From: a virus
Taxonomy: Duplodnaviria > Caudoviricetes
Reading direction: 5' to 3' (one strand)
Virus record (IMG/VR): IMGVR_UViG_3300035505_000178
Length of the DNA stretch: 64,000 bases
This document shows positions 15,701 through 25,888 of the stretch, piece by piece. How positions within the stretch are numbered: the stretch's first letter is position 1; every line of letters starts with the position of its first letter. The translations under genes were made by a program, and so were the position numbers. The notes beneath the pieces are model-generated. The model searched no databases, was not told the DNA's origin, and worked only from the letters and a program-made list of their open reading frames with translations.

Positions 15701-15965
15701 AGGTAGTTTTTATAAACTTACTCCTGTTAATGAAGCTTCGAATCGTTTTGATTTGGAATTACTTTATGACGTAGGAGGAAAAAATCCACGACAAGAATTT
15801 AAAATTGAAGGATATGGTTATCCTCTAGAAGTAGCAATGGAAAGAATTATTCATTATGCTATAAGAAAAAAACATCCTGATACAATTACCTTAAAAGAAT
15901 ATTTAAATGAATTTATTAGAGAGAAAGAAGCACTCGGAATTACGAATCTTAGTAAGGAGATTTAA
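15687..15965 (+). CDS. Hypothetical protein
   Basis: ORF track. Confidence 0.7.
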   Translation: MTTIEGSFYKLTPVNEASNRFDLELLYDVGGKNPRQEFKIEGYGYPLEVAMERIIHYAIRKKHPDTITLKEYLNEFIREKEALGITNLSKEI

Positions 15966-16350
15966 TAAATTGTGTGAACTTCTTGATGATGAATATAAGA
16001 TAAATAGAGGAGGATGTTGTATAGTAGCATACTATATAGCTAAATTGTTAAAGATGTTTGGGTATTCTTATACCGTTGTAATTTATGGAGATGATGATCT
16101 ACCTTTAAGGTTTGAAGATATTGACTTAAGCCAATACCATTATTGTATTAAAACAGAAGGTTTATATATAAATTCAGGAAATATTGGAGTTGATATAGCA
16201 GGTGAGTATGAGAATGTTCCTCTTACTTCTCTGAAACGTCATTATTACACTATGGATTGGAATGAAACATATGAACCTAAAAATAACACGAAAGTCTATA
16301 ACAGATTGAAAAACATTATGTATGACTTTGTACGAGAAAGAAACCAATAA
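15907..16350 (+). CDS. Hypothetical protein (INRGGC...H, possible Cys-His papain/transglutaminase-like fold)
   Basis: GGCC plus downstream HY; the fold is inference. Confidence 0.55.
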   Translation: MNLLERKKHSELRILVRRFNKLCELLDDEYKINRGGCCIVAYYIAKLLKMFGYSYTVVIYGDDDLPLRFEDIDLSQYHYCIKTEGLYINSGNIGVDIAGEYENVPLTSLKRHYYTMDWNETYEPKNNTKVYNRLKNIMYDFVRERNQ

Positions 16351-16567
16351 AGTTAAAGTTAGCAATAAATTTATTTATTGTGTTTCAGTTTACAAAATTT
16401 GGAAAGAAGGAGCAAATCTAGTTGATGAATCTTATTATTCTAGTGATAAACCTCTTAAATTTAAAAATAATAAACTTAAGAAAAAAGATCATATTATGAT
16501 GAGATATATTGATTTAGAATATGCTCCAGAAGAATTTTTAATTAATAACGGATATAAAAAGTTATGA
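16322..16567 (+). CDS. Hypothetical protein
   Basis: ORF track. Confidence 0.65.
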   Translation: MTLYEKETNKVKVSNKFIYCVSVYKIWKEGANLVDESYYSSDKPLKFKNNKLKKKDHIMMRYIDLEYAPEEFLINNGYKKL

Positions 16568-17106
16568 AGAAGGATATTGTAGAATATTGCGTAGGAATAT
16601 TTACGGACTTCAAAAATCAGCAACACGTAATTACTGCTTGTGCTGTTAGTAAAACACCTGAATCTTCTGACCTTATGGTTGGTTGGGTAAACGATGATAA
16701 CAGATTAGATGAAGATGAAGACATCTTTAACTCTGTTGTACGAACAGTATCAATTGGTTTCAGTATTTGTAGTCCTGGAGATGAGTATGATGAAGAGGTA
16801 GGAAAACAAATTGCTTTTAATAGAGCAAATAAAGCTATCCCTGTATTGTATTCTACTCAGAAAGGAATTATAAGTTCTGATTTAGTACAGACACTGATGG
16901 ACAAAGAGATTGAATATTTAAAATCTCATCCCGAGAAAATATTCCCAGGATATGCTAAATCCTACAAACGTTATGCAATGAAGGTTGCTGCCAAAGAGTT
17001 GTATGACGAGGCTACACAAGATGAACAGCAAATCATAACATTAGCTCTAAGTGGAGCTGATATTGAGAAATGCTTAAAGATTTTTAAGTGTATGAATGAA
17101 AACTAA
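16564..17106 (+). CDS. Hypothetical protein
   Basis: ORF track; motif shared with 7060. Confidence 0.75.
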   Translation: MKKDIVEYCVGIFTDFKNQQHVITACAVSKTPESSDLMVGWVNDDNRLDEDEDIFNSVVRTVSIGFSICSPGDEYDEEVGKQIAFNRANKAIPVLYSTQKGIISSDLVQTLMDKEIEYLKSHPEKIFPGYAKSYKRYAMKVAAKELYDEATQDEQQIITLALSGADIEKCLKIFKCMNEN

Positions 17107-17374
17107 AGTTTTAATCGGAATTTTGTTATGTCTGATTATATGTTTTATTGTTGATAAATGCGATAATAAAGAAACTAAAACTACTATTATTACAGTAACA
17201 AAAGATTCTTTAATTAGAGACAGTATTTATATAATAAATGATTCTATCACGACTAAAATAAAATATATTGAAAAAGAACATGCTGAAAAAATTCCTATTA
17301 TTATGTCTAATTCTGTCAGTGACGACAAAGAGTTTTTCTCAAGATACATTAACAGTTACAATAACAGAGAATGA
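17096..17374 (+). CDS. N-terminal TM protein, possible inner spanin
   Basis: Type II membrane topology; overlaps the next secreted-protein gene. Confidence 0.5.
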   Translation: MKTKVLIGILLCLIICFIVDKCDNKETKTTIITVTKDSLIRDSIYIINDSITTKIKYIEKEHAEKIPIIMSNSVSDDKEFFSRYINSYNNRE

Positions 17375-17633
17375 GCTTAAAACAGCAAATTTGATTTTTC
17401 TAGAACACGAAGAGTTATCTAAAAAGGTACCTCTATTAAATCAAGAAATTAGTAATCTGCAACTGATTAATAAAACTTGGGAACACACTGACTCGATTAG
17501 AGTTTCACAGATAAATACGCAAAATGAGTCAATAAACAAACTCAAAAAATCACTAGATAAACAGAAACGCATCATTAAATATGGTGCGATAGGTACCTGT
17601 ATTTTATTTGTAACATGCCTATTGGTAAAGTAA
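17280..17633 (+). CDS. Signal peptide + coiled coil + C-terminal TM, possible spanin partner
   Basis: MLKKFLLLCLILSV...SFSQ signal; ~95 bp overlap with the upstream gene. Confidence 0.5.
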   Translation: MLKKFLLLCLILSVTTKSFSQDTLTVTITENELKTANLIFLEHEELSKKVPLLNQEISNLQLINKTWEHTDSIRVSQINTQNESINKLKKSLDKQKRIIKYGAIGTCILFVTCLLVK

Positions 17634-17800
17634 TATTTAAAGATAAAAACGGAGTACATTATAAATTTCCTGAACGTAGTTGTAAAAGATGTTTAAAATA
17701 TCCATGTCTGGAAAAAATGGATTTGTTAAAATCAAATTTTGCAGCTTACGGATGTAAAATGTTTGAAAATTCTAACGTATTTGAAATTTGCAAGAAGTAA
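17615..17800 (+). CDS. Small Cys-rich protein
   Basis: C..C..YPC...GC. Confidence 0.65.
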   Translation: MPIGKVIFKDKNGVHYKFPERSCKRCLKYPCLEKMDLLKSNFAAYGCKMFENSNVFEICKK

Positions 17801-18105
17801 CATATCACGTAAAATTTGTAGCAGAATATACAGATGGAATGGGATATACTACTTATGTATTTGAACGTTATGAATATCCTACAGAAGACGAAAGATTTGT
17901 AATGTGTGTAAGATTTCCTAATTGGGATCAACCAATGTTCTCTTTAGGAGATGAAGGTTATCTTAATGTTAGATTTGTAGAAGCAGGTATAGATAAATGG
18001 TTTGATGGAAAAGATTTCAATACTTATAAATATACTAATGTAATATTCATGAAATTCATAAGGAAAAAGGAATCTTTTGTAACGGATCAGATTATAATAG
18101 ATTAA
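17788..18105 (+). CDS. Hypothetical protein
   Basis: ORF track (TTG start). Confidence 0.7.
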   Translation: MQEVTYHVKFVAEYTDGMGYTTYVFERYEYPTEDERFVMCVRFPNWDQPMFSLGDEGYLNVRFVEAGIDKWFDGKDFNTYKYTNVIFMKFIRKKESFVTDQIIID

Positions 18106-18130
18106 AATTTAATTATTTTATATTATAAAT

Positions 18131-18994
18131 ATGACTACAGCATTTGGAGATAAACTGAAGGAGGCACTGGAAAACAAAGCAAACGACATTAATTCGTATG
18201 TTTGGAAATATCCAAAAATTAAAGGAGTTCAGAAAGAACTTAAACTTGTTGATGCAACATACGAGCAATTAAGAAAGTTTTATGAGCATTGTAACGAGAT
18301 GCTTTACAATAAAGATTCTAAGAATCCTGGTAGACTTACTCTTCTTGAGATAGTTAATGACCAGATTCTAAGATGTCGTGCGGAACTACTTATTAGATGG
18401 CTTAGAGCTGAGAGACAGTACACTAACACTAAATGTTTGGAGAGTATCAAAGTTATTATAAATAATAATAAAGATACTTTGACAAACGAGACTATTAAGA
18501 CTTATCCTATTGAAACTATTATGAGTGGACTTCCACTTGAGTTTAATGAGATTCCTATTAGTTTAGTGATGGATGCATGTCTTGATTCTCTTGGAGTATT
18601 TGATTCCTCCCACATATCTCTGAACTTTATTACAAAGATGGGTTTTTGGTTTACCCAGCAAGAAATGCAAAAAGAGTTATATGAAAAAGATCCGGAAACA
18701 GGTAAGGCTGTTAACAGATTAGATTTGGTTAGACGTGAGTTTAAGATCGATCCAGAGATCTTTCTTTTCATTAATGATAAAGGATTGAGCTACAAAGAGT
18801 TTAAATCTATGTTTATGCTCAAGAAGGATAAATATTCTAACCTAACATCTGATCAATTAAGACTTCTTTCTACTAAGATCCTCTATCGTTTCCAGAATAG
18901 ATGTGAAGATCAAGCAAAACAATGGAGCGATAAGATTAAGGAGATTAAAGAAATTGCTGAATTGAAAGGATGGGATGTGACTAGAGCAATATGA
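18131..18994 (+). CDS. Conserved crAss-like hypothetical protein
   Basis: 287-aa ORF preceding the SF2 helicase. Confidence 0.8.
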   Translation: MTTAFGDKLKEALENKANDINSYVWKYPKIKGVQKELKLVDATYEQLRKFYEHCNEMLYNKDSKNPGRLTLLEIVNDQILRCRAELLIRWLRAERQYTNTKCLESIKVIINNNKDTLTNETIKTYPIETIMSGLPLEFNEIPISLVMDACLDSLGVFDSSHISLNFITKMGFWFTQQEMQKELYEKDPETGKAVNRLDLVRREFKIDPEIFLFINDKGLSYKEFKSMFMLKKDKYSNLTSDQLRLLSTKILYRFQNRCEDQAKQWSDKIKEIKEIAELKGWDVTRAI

Positions 18995-20262
18995 TAGACT
19001 TGTTCACTCCTATAACTCGTGATGAGCGTCAGAAAGAGTCTGTTAATAAATGGCTTAAAAGTAAAGGCAAAGGAACTATCGTAGCTTGCACTGGATACGG
19101 AAAAACCAGAGTAGCTACTAACATTATACAGATATTACTTAAGAAATATCCTACAATGTCTATAATAGTAGTTGTTCCTACTGATACTTTACGAAAACAA
19201 TGGATTTCAATTCTAGATAATCTCGGATTAGGATTTAATACACAAGTAATTATTATTAATACTGCAAGTAAACATAATTTTAATTGTGATTTATTAATAA
19301 TTGATGAGATTCATCGTTGTCCAGCTGATTCGTTCAGTCATTTATTTGAAACTATTAAGTATAAATTAATTTTAGGTTTAACTGCAACAATAGAACGTCT
19401 TGATGGTAAGCACTCTTTAATAGAAAAGAAATGTCCAGAAGTGGATAATATTTCTATAGAAGTAGCTAAACTTAATAAATGGGTTTCTGATTATGTAGAA
19501 TATCAAGTAATATTATCAGTAGATGATATTAATGAATACAAACAAATGAATAAAGAATTTACTGCTCACTTTGAATATTTTGGATTCAACTGGTCATTAG
19601 TTATGTCTATGCTTGGTAAAGACGGTTATGTTAATCGTGCTAAGTATAGAGATGAAATATGTAAGGATGATGAAAAAAGAAAAGAAGTGTTTAAGGAAAT
19701 TACTTATCATGCGACTGCATTTATGAGAGTTCTTCAGAAAAGAAAGAAATTTATTAATAATCACAAGAGAAAAATCGAATTAGCAAGAGAAATTATTAAA
19801 TATCGTTCAGATAAGAAAATAATTACTTTTTCAGCTAATGTTGATATGGCTAATGCAATTAAAGTTGGATACATTTATACTGGTAGACAAAGTAAAGCTA
19901 AAAATCGTATGACGATTGAAGAATTTTCTACTTTAGACTCTGGTGTTCTTAATACAGTTAAAATGGCTAATGAAGGTCTAGATTGTAAAGGATTATCTGT
20001 GGGTATAGTATTGGGATTAGATTCTAGTGCTACTCAAGGAATCCAAAGAACAGGACGAGTTATAAGGAAAGAAGAATCTTCTAAATTTGCAGAAATGTTT
20101 ACCTTTGTTCTAGAGGATACTGTAGAACAAGAATGGTTTAAAAAATCACATCCGAACGGTAATTATATTACTATCGACGAGGAAAACCTTTTAAAAGTAC
20201 TAAAAGGAGAACCTTATGAGACTTATAAAAAGAAATTAACTAATTTCGTTTATCGTTTTTAA
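18991..20262 (+). CDS. SF2 (DExH) helicase
   Basis: TGYGKT, DEIH, LGLTAT, QRTGRVIR motifs. Confidence 0.93.
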   Translation: MIDLFTPITRDERQKESVNKWLKSKGKGTIVACTGYGKTRVATNIIQILLKKYPTMSIIVVVPTDTLRKQWISILDNLGLGFNTQVIIINTASKHNFNCDLLIIDEIHRCPADSFSHLFETIKYKLILGLTATIERLDGKHSLIEKKCPEVDNISIEVAKLNKWVSDYVEYQVILSVDDINEYKQMNKEFTAHFEYFGFNWSLVMSMLGKDGYVNRAKYRDEICKDDEKRKEVFKEITYHATAFMRVLQKRKKFINNHKRKIELAREIIKYRSDKKIITFSANVDMANAIKVGYIYTGRQSKAKNRMTIEEFSTLDSGVLNTVKMANEGLDCKGLSVGIVLGLDSSATQGIQRTGRVIRKEESSKFAEMFTFVLEDTVEQEWFKKSHPNGNYITIDEENLLKVLKGEPYETYKKKLTNFVYRF

Positions 20263-20264
20263 TT

Positions 20265-20402
20265 ATGACAGAAAAAGAAATTAAGCTTTTGACTAAGAAG
20301 CTTGAAGCAACAGAGAAGAAACTTGCTAAAGCTAAAGAGGAAATTAAGCAGCTTAAAGCTGATTATGCAACTCTTCTAGAAGTAGCAACAGAGCGTAACT
20401 AA
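20265..20402 (+). CDS. Small coiled-coil protein (45 aa)
   Basis: MTEKEIKLLTKKLEATEKKLAKAKEEIKQLKADYATLLEVATERN; below the track cutoff. Confidence 0.7.
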   Translation: MTEKEIKLLTKKLEATEKKLAKAKEEIKQLKADYATLLEVATERN

Positions 20403-20476
20403 ATCCATTCAGTTCTAACGAACATTTAACGATTTGGTGTATAGATTAATCTGAAAATGATTTAATTTATACGCAC

Positions 20477-21064
20477 GTGCTTAGACAACAAATAATATTT
20501 TGTGAGAAATATAATATTAACGCAAATGAATTAATGTTGTTGGAAATATTATTAATTGCTCAAAATGGAGATGATCCAGAAACAGTAAAGACATACTTTA
20601 CTTCTCGTTTTAAAGGAAGTATTCGTGATCTTTTGGTAAATCTTCAAGAAGCTGGAGTTATACTTAAATCGTATAAAATTCCAGAAAAAGGGCAATCATT
20701 TAATCCTATTGATATTCCATTGAATAAAAATCTTGTAAAAGACTTTTATAAGAGTTCTTTCGAAATGGGACAAGAGTTATTTGAAGCATATCCTATATCT
20801 ACAATAGTGAATGGTTCTGAGTATAAACTAAGAAGAGTAAGTAAAAAATTCGATTCTTTAGAGGATGCTTTTAGAGCCTACGGAAAAGCTATTAGAAATA
20901 AACCAGAAATGCATAAAAAGATACTTAGTCTTATTGAAGAAGGTAAAAACAGTGGATATAACTTTACAAATCTTGGAGATTTTATTGTTGACAATGATTG
21001 GCTTAATATGGAATTGATTGCAAAAGATGGCATTTTAACTAATTCTAGTTTAAAATTGTTATGA
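20477..21064 (+). CDS. Putative replication initiation/helicase-associated protein
   Basis: Directly upstream of the DnaB-like gene; wHTH-like N-terminus; function inferred. Confidence 0.55.
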   Translation: MLRQQIIFCEKYNINANELMLLEILLIAQNGDDPETVKTYFTSRFKGSIRDLLVNLQEAGVILKSYKIPEKGQSFNPIDIPLNKNLVKDFYKSSFEMGQELFEAYPISTIVNGSEYKLRRVSKKFDSLEDAFRAYGKAIRNKPEMHKKILSLIEEGKNSGYNFTNLGDFIVDNDWLNMELIAKDGILTNSSLKLL

Positions 21065-22143
21065 TTGTTGATAGAATATTAGCTGAGATTGACAAAGGTC
21101 GAAAAGGTTTAAATCATGGAATTTCTTTTGGACTTCCAAAATTAGAGAGTATTATTGATGGAGTCACCCAAGAAACTTATACTTTAATTCTTTCAAATTC
21201 AGGAGCTGGAAAAACTACTTTCGCATTATATGCCTATGTTTATAAACCATTAATGGAGAACTTAGACAATGATGATTTTAAAGTACTTTATTTCAGTTTG
21301 GAGATGAATGAAGTTTCTTTGTATATTAAGTTACTAGCCATATATATATTTGAAACATATGGAATAGAGCTATCTTATAAAGAGATATTATCAAGAAAGA
21401 AAGAGTATATCTTGTCTGACGAACATTATGACTTAGTACAAGAATGTGTTCCATGGCTGAGAAAGATTAGTGAAAAATTGGAAATATATGATAAAGCAGT
21501 TAATGCTAACAAAGTATATGCCATTTTAAGAACAAGATTAGAAGAAATAGGAAAGTTTGAGGAAACAGAAACTCGACTTAAATATTATCCTGATAATCCA
21601 AATCTTATATATAATGTTATACTTGATCATATAGGTCTAGTTCGACCACAACCTGGTCATAGTCTTAAACAAGAAATGGATTTACTTTCTAGTTACTTAG
21701 TTACTCTAAGAGAGAAATGTAAAATAAGTCCTATAGTTATACAGCAAGCTAATCGAGAGCAAGGAAATATCGAGAGATTCAAAGCAGGTAAATCAGCATT
21801 TACTATAAATGATGCAAAGGATAGTGGTAATACTGTTCAAGATTGTAATGTAATGATAGCTCTTTATAATCCTAATCGAGATAATCTCAAAACTTATAAG
21901 AAATATAATATTGAGGTTTTGGATCAGTATTTTAGAAGTATTATGGTTCTGAAAAACCGATTCGGAGATTGTGATGTAGAAATAGGAACTAATTTCTTTG
22001 GAAGTATTGGTATCTTTAAAGAGTTACCAAAACCTGATGAGATTTATGATTATGAGACTTATACAAGTCCCAATTATTTATTAGATGATAATAATATTAA
22101 AGAAGATGAAGAAGTAGTTAACAATAACATGTTTACTTTATAA
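21061..22143 (+). CDS. dnaB: DnaB-like SF4 replicative helicase
   Basis: SGAGKT, FSLEM, DHIGL, QANRE, KNRFG motifs. Confidence 0.92.
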   Translation: MIVDRILAEIDKGRKGLNHGISFGLPKLESIIDGVTQETYTLILSNSGAGKTTFALYAYVYKPLMENLDNDDFKVLYFSLEMNEVSLYIKLLAIYIFETYGIELSYKEILSRKKEYILSDEHYDLVQECVPWLRKISEKLEIYDKAVNANKVYAILRTRLEEIGKFEETETRLKYYPDNPNLIYNVILDHIGLVRPQPGHSLKQEMDLLSSYLVTLREKCKISPIVIQQANREQGNIERFKAGKSAFTINDAKDSGNTVQDCNVMIALYNPNRDNLKTYKKYNIEVLDQYFRSIMVLKNRFGDCDVEIGTNFFGSIGIFKELPKPDEIYDYETYTSPNYLLDDNNIKEDEEVVNNNMFTL

Positions 22144-22838
22144 TGGCACAAATTATAGGATTAGGTGGTTTTTCTGGTACTGGTAAAAGTTCTTCGTTGG
22201 CATATTTAGATCCAGCTGAGACTTTCATTATTAGCTGCACTCCAAAGCAGTTATCAATTCCACAGTTCAGAAAAAACTATAAGAAGTTAACGATAAACGC
22301 TGATAAAACTGTATCTGGAAATTGGTTTTTCAGTAATAAGTATGATCAGATTTATAAGATTCTTAATATTGTAGATAAGAGCCTTCCTAACATTAAAGTT
22401 CTTGTAATTGACGATTCTAACTATCTGTTGTCAGAAGAGTTAATGAATAGAGCTTTGGAGAAAGGATACGATAAACATACTGAGTTAGCAAAGCATTATT
22501 ATGATTTGTTGATTAAAGCAATGACTCTTCGTGATGATCTTGTATTGGTATTTATATCTCACATTGTTAATGATGGAACAGATGTAGATCCAAATTATAA
22601 GCTTTTCACAACTGGTAAATTGCTTGATAGAAGTGTGAATATTGATGGTTTGTTCAATTATCTCCTTTATGCAGAGAAAATTATTGAGTCTGATGATAGT
22701 GTAGATTATAAGTTCCGAACTAAGTCACTTGGTAAAGATACTTGTAGAAGCACTAAAGGATGTTTTGAGGAAACTTACATTGAGCCTAACATGAAAATGG
22801 TTATAGATACAATCAAAAAATTTGAATTTGGAGAATAA
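22143..22838 (+). CDS. AAA-family P-loop ATPase (AAA_24/Sak4-like)
   Basis: GFSGTGKS, VIDD, FISH motifs. Confidence 0.85.
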   Translation: MAQIIGLGGFSGTGKSSSLAYLDPAETFIISCTPKQLSIPQFRKNYKKLTINADKTVSGNWFFSNKYDQIYKILNIVDKSLPNIKVLVIDDSNYLLSEELMNRALEKGYDKHTELAKHYYDLLIKAMTLRDDLVLVFISHIVNDGTDVDPNYKLFTTGKLLDRSVNIDGLFNYLLYAEKIIESDDSVDYKFRTKSLGKDTCRSTKGCFEETYIEPNMKMVIDTIKKFEFGE

Positions 22839-23383
22839 TGAAATTAGACGTATTGTTTCACTATGACGTGAATGAATCTACTGGTGAGATTAAGTATATT
22901 GGTAAAGAGGAAATTACAGTTGATACCAAAAAGACCTCTTCCAGTACTAAGAAGAAAGCTGATACCAATCCTAATCCAGTAGTAACACTTGATTCCAACA
23001 AATTGATTCTCACACAAGGAGCAGTTGATTTGTTGAAAGTTTGCCCTGACTGTCGAGTTGACATCAAGTATAAGAAGAAAGATAAGAAGACAATTCCTGT
23101 AATTGGAACTGATCAGGCTTTCGGAACAAAGGGCGGTAATAAACTAACACAAAGTAACACGGTAAGTTACAGAGGCTCTGCAAATGATAAGCTTGCAGCC
23201 TTTGGCACTATATTCGAACTTAAACCTACTGAAGATGAAGGTATCTTCTTCCTTATTGGAAATAAAGAGGAGATTGAACCAGAAGCTACAGAAGTAGATG
23301 ATGAGTTTGATATAGATTCATTAGATGATTTAGATATAGAAGATGACGACACAGATTTGGATAAAATTGATTTTAAATTTTAA
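22838..23383 (+). CDS. Hypothetical protein with acidic C-terminus
   Basis: ORF track. Confidence 0.8.
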   Translation: MKLDVLFHYDVNESTGEIKYIGKEEITVDTKKTSSSTKKKADTNPNPVVTLDSNKLILTQGAVDLLKVCPDCRVDIKYKKKDKKTIPVIGTDQAFGTKGGNKLTQSNTVSYRGSANDKLAAFGTIFELKPTEDEGIFFLIGNKEEIEPEATEVDDEFDIDSLDDLDIEDDDTDLDKIDFKF

Positions 23384-23388
23384 GAGTT

Positions 23389-24096
23389 ATGAGTTTTAAT
23401 TTTGGAGTAAACGCAAACGAGTCAGCAGTAAGAAGTACACGCAAACCTTTGAAGCCTTGGGATATTTATGATGTAATCTTTAAGGGTTGTGAGGTTAAAG
23501 AGTTCGATGGTAAGAAAGATCCTAGTCAGCATTATACTACAGTTCGTGCAAGTTTTGAGACAGAAGATGGTGATTATTTTACTGTTAATAAGTTCTTGCC
23601 AAAGGATGCAAACGATACTGTAAGAAGAAAAGTTGATAACAAGAACGGCGGTACTAGAGAACTGGCTTCTAATTTTGAGGAGTTTTGGGCTTTCATTAAG
23701 CAGACTGTATATGTATTGAATCCAGATGGATTTAAGAAGTTGCAAGCTGCTGCTAGTAAATTTAAGACTCCACTTGACGCTGCTAATGCACTCGTTACTC
23801 TTACCAAACCTGCGATAAACAAAACAACTAAGCTTAAACTTGTCGGCATAAGTCGTGACGGTAAAGTTGAGGCAAGTATTCCTAGATTAGTAGGAATTAA
23901 CAATGAAGGAGTAGAATTTGTTGCTGATAATTATATTGGTGATAAATTGTTCTTTAGCGATTATGAAGAGGGAAAGAGAAAAGAATATCTTTCTGCTACT
24001 CCAACTGTTGTGAAAACAGATGTAATTGAAAATACTCCCTCTGCTGCTGTAGAGTCAGAAGATACTTTTGATTTGGATGATTTGTTAGCAGAGTAA
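23389..24096 (+). CDS. Putative single-stranded DNA-binding protein
   Basis: Replication-module position, acidic tail DTFDLDDLL. Confidence 0.65.
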   Translation: MSFNFGVNANESAVRSTRKPLKPWDIYDVIFKGCEVKEFDGKKDPSQHYTTVRASFETEDGDYFTVNKFLPKDANDTVRRKVDNKNGGTRELASNFEEFWAFIKQTVYVLNPDGFKKLQAAASKFKTPLDAANALVTLTKPAINKTTKLKLVGISRDGKVEASIPRLVGINNEGVEFVADNYIGDKLFFSDYEEGKRKEYLSATPTVVKTDVIENTPSAAVESEDTFDLDDLLAE

Positions 24097-24117
24097 TAAA
24101 TAAAAATATAATTCCTT

Positions 24118-25128
24118 ATGTTTGATTTTTCATTTGAGTCCAAAATCACTAAGGAATTATTGCTATCTGCTCATAATGAAGAAACGTATATGTCTTATTA
24201 CTTAGGTATTCCTGTCAAGAAAGGCTTATTTCGTTCTCCATTACGAGCAGATGCTCATAATACATGTAGCTATTTTAGAGGTAAATCAGGTATTTTATAC
24301 TTTAAAGATTTTGCTACAGGACAATGTTTAGACTTTGTAAATGTAGTAATGACTAAATATGCTTGTAATTATTATAAAGCATTAGACATAATCGCTGGTG
24401 ATTTTGGTTTAACTAAAAAGTCAGACAAAAAACCTATCGTAATAAAGGCTCAACCAAAATTTGAAGAGGAGAAGCAAACATTTATACAATGTGAAACTAA
24501 ACCTTTTTCAGAAGGAGAATTAAAATGGTGGGGAAGTTATGGAATTAGTCAAAAAATCTTAAGTAAATTTCATGTTTTTAGTTGCAAGACTGTATTTTTA
24601 AATGGAGTTGTATTTGCTCAATCTTCTGCAAATTTTCCTATTTTCGGATATTATTTTGGAAAGAAAGAAAATGTAGAACAATGGCGAATATATATGCCTA
24701 AAAGTAAGAATACTAGGTTCTTAGGAAATGTATCTCATAAAACAATTCAAGGATATAAACAAGTAGTTGATAAAGGTAAATTATTAGTAATTACTAAATC
24801 AATGAAAGATGTAATGTGTTTATATTCTATAGGCATTCCTGCAATTGCTCCTAATTCCGAGACGCAATTCGTAGAACCTAAAATGTTAGAAGAACTTAAA
24901 ACAAGGTTTACTAATATTGCACTATTATTTGATACCGATTTAACTGGAGTAAGGTTTATGAATAAGATTCGTAAACAATATCCAGAATTAATAATCACGT
25001 TAATTCCTAGAAAATATAAAGCTAAAGATATTAGTGATTTTTATAAATTGTATGGGAAAGATAAGACAGTTAAATTAATTAAAAATACAATTATTAAATG
25101 GCAAAAAAGTAGACAAATACTAGTGTAA
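24118..25128 (+). CDS. DNA primase (TOPRIM)
   Basis: SPLR.D...CS, FKDF, ITKSMKD, FDTDLTG, KDISD motifs. Confidence 0.9.
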   Translation: MFDFSFESKITKELLLSAHNEETYMSYYLGIPVKKGLFRSPLRADAHNTCSYFRGKSGILYFKDFATGQCLDFVNVVMTKYACNYYKALDIIAGDFGLTKKSDKKPIVIKAQPKFEEEKQTFIQCETKPFSEGELKWWGSYGISQKILSKFHVFSCKTVFLNGVVFAQSSANFPIFGYYFGKKENVEQWRIYMPKSKNTRFLGNVSHKTIQGYKQVVDKGKLLVITKSMKDVMCLYSIGIPAIAPNSETQFVEPKMLEELKTRFTNIALLFDTDLTGVRFMNKIRKQYPELIITLIPRKYKAKDISDFYKLYGKDKTVKLIKNTIIKWQKSRQILV

Positions 25129-25655
25129 TTGCAACATATACTAAGACTGGTGAAATCATGACCTTTGACTCAATAGAAGCAGCTTCTGAGATGACAGGAC
25201 TTGAAGTTAATTCTATTAAAGCTAGAGCTAACAAGCCTGGTTCAGGAGCTAAATCTAAAGATGGTATAACTTTTACTTGGGCTGATGAGAAAGTCAGACG
25301 CTCAAAACAAGCAAGTCGATCTAAAAAGAAAGGTAGTGCTTATGAGTTGGAAGTTATTCATAAATTGAGAGAAATAGGTTATAAAGGATGTGTATCTTCA
25401 AGAAGTCAGAATAAAGCGTTGGATGCAGATAAAGTAGATATATATGATATGGATGGAGAACTTCCAGTAAATATTCAATGTAAATTTACTCAGAATCTTC
25501 CAAACTATTTTGATATTAAAGATGCTTGTTCAGATAAAGATAAACCATTCTGTTTATGTTGGAAGAAAGCAGGTAAAAACGGCGAACAAACTATAGGTCA
25601 AGTTGCTATTATACCTATAGATTATTTTTATTACTTATTGGGTAAATTATGTTAA
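25098..25655 (+). CDS. Holliday junction resolvase with N-terminal NUMOD1-like HTH; in-frame TAG at codon 5
   Basis: KKKGSAYE, VDI, IQCK PD-(D/E)xK motifs; ATG GCA AAA AAG TAG ACA is in frame with the 25158 ORF. Confidence 0.75.
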
Positions 25656-25888
25656 TAGTAAAAGGAAAAGTTCCAAAATCAATTCCTAATTGTATAATTA
25701 ACACATTTTCAGATGAATACGAAATTTATTTAAGTAAAGCTAAGAAACCTTGGCGAACACCTGAAGGATTTTCATTACAATTTGATACTACATTATCAGA
25801 TTTGAAATTGTGTTATTTTATTCATTGTGGAAATGATGAAATTGAAAATTTGCTCAAGAAAAAGTTGAATGTAATTGAACAAGGATAA
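25649..25888 (+). CDS. Hypothetical protein
   Basis: ORF track. Confidence 0.6.
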   Translation: MLIVKGKVPKSIPNCIINTFSDEYEIYLSKAKKPWRTPEGFSLQFDTTLSDLKLCYFIHCGNDEIENLLKKKLNVIEQG

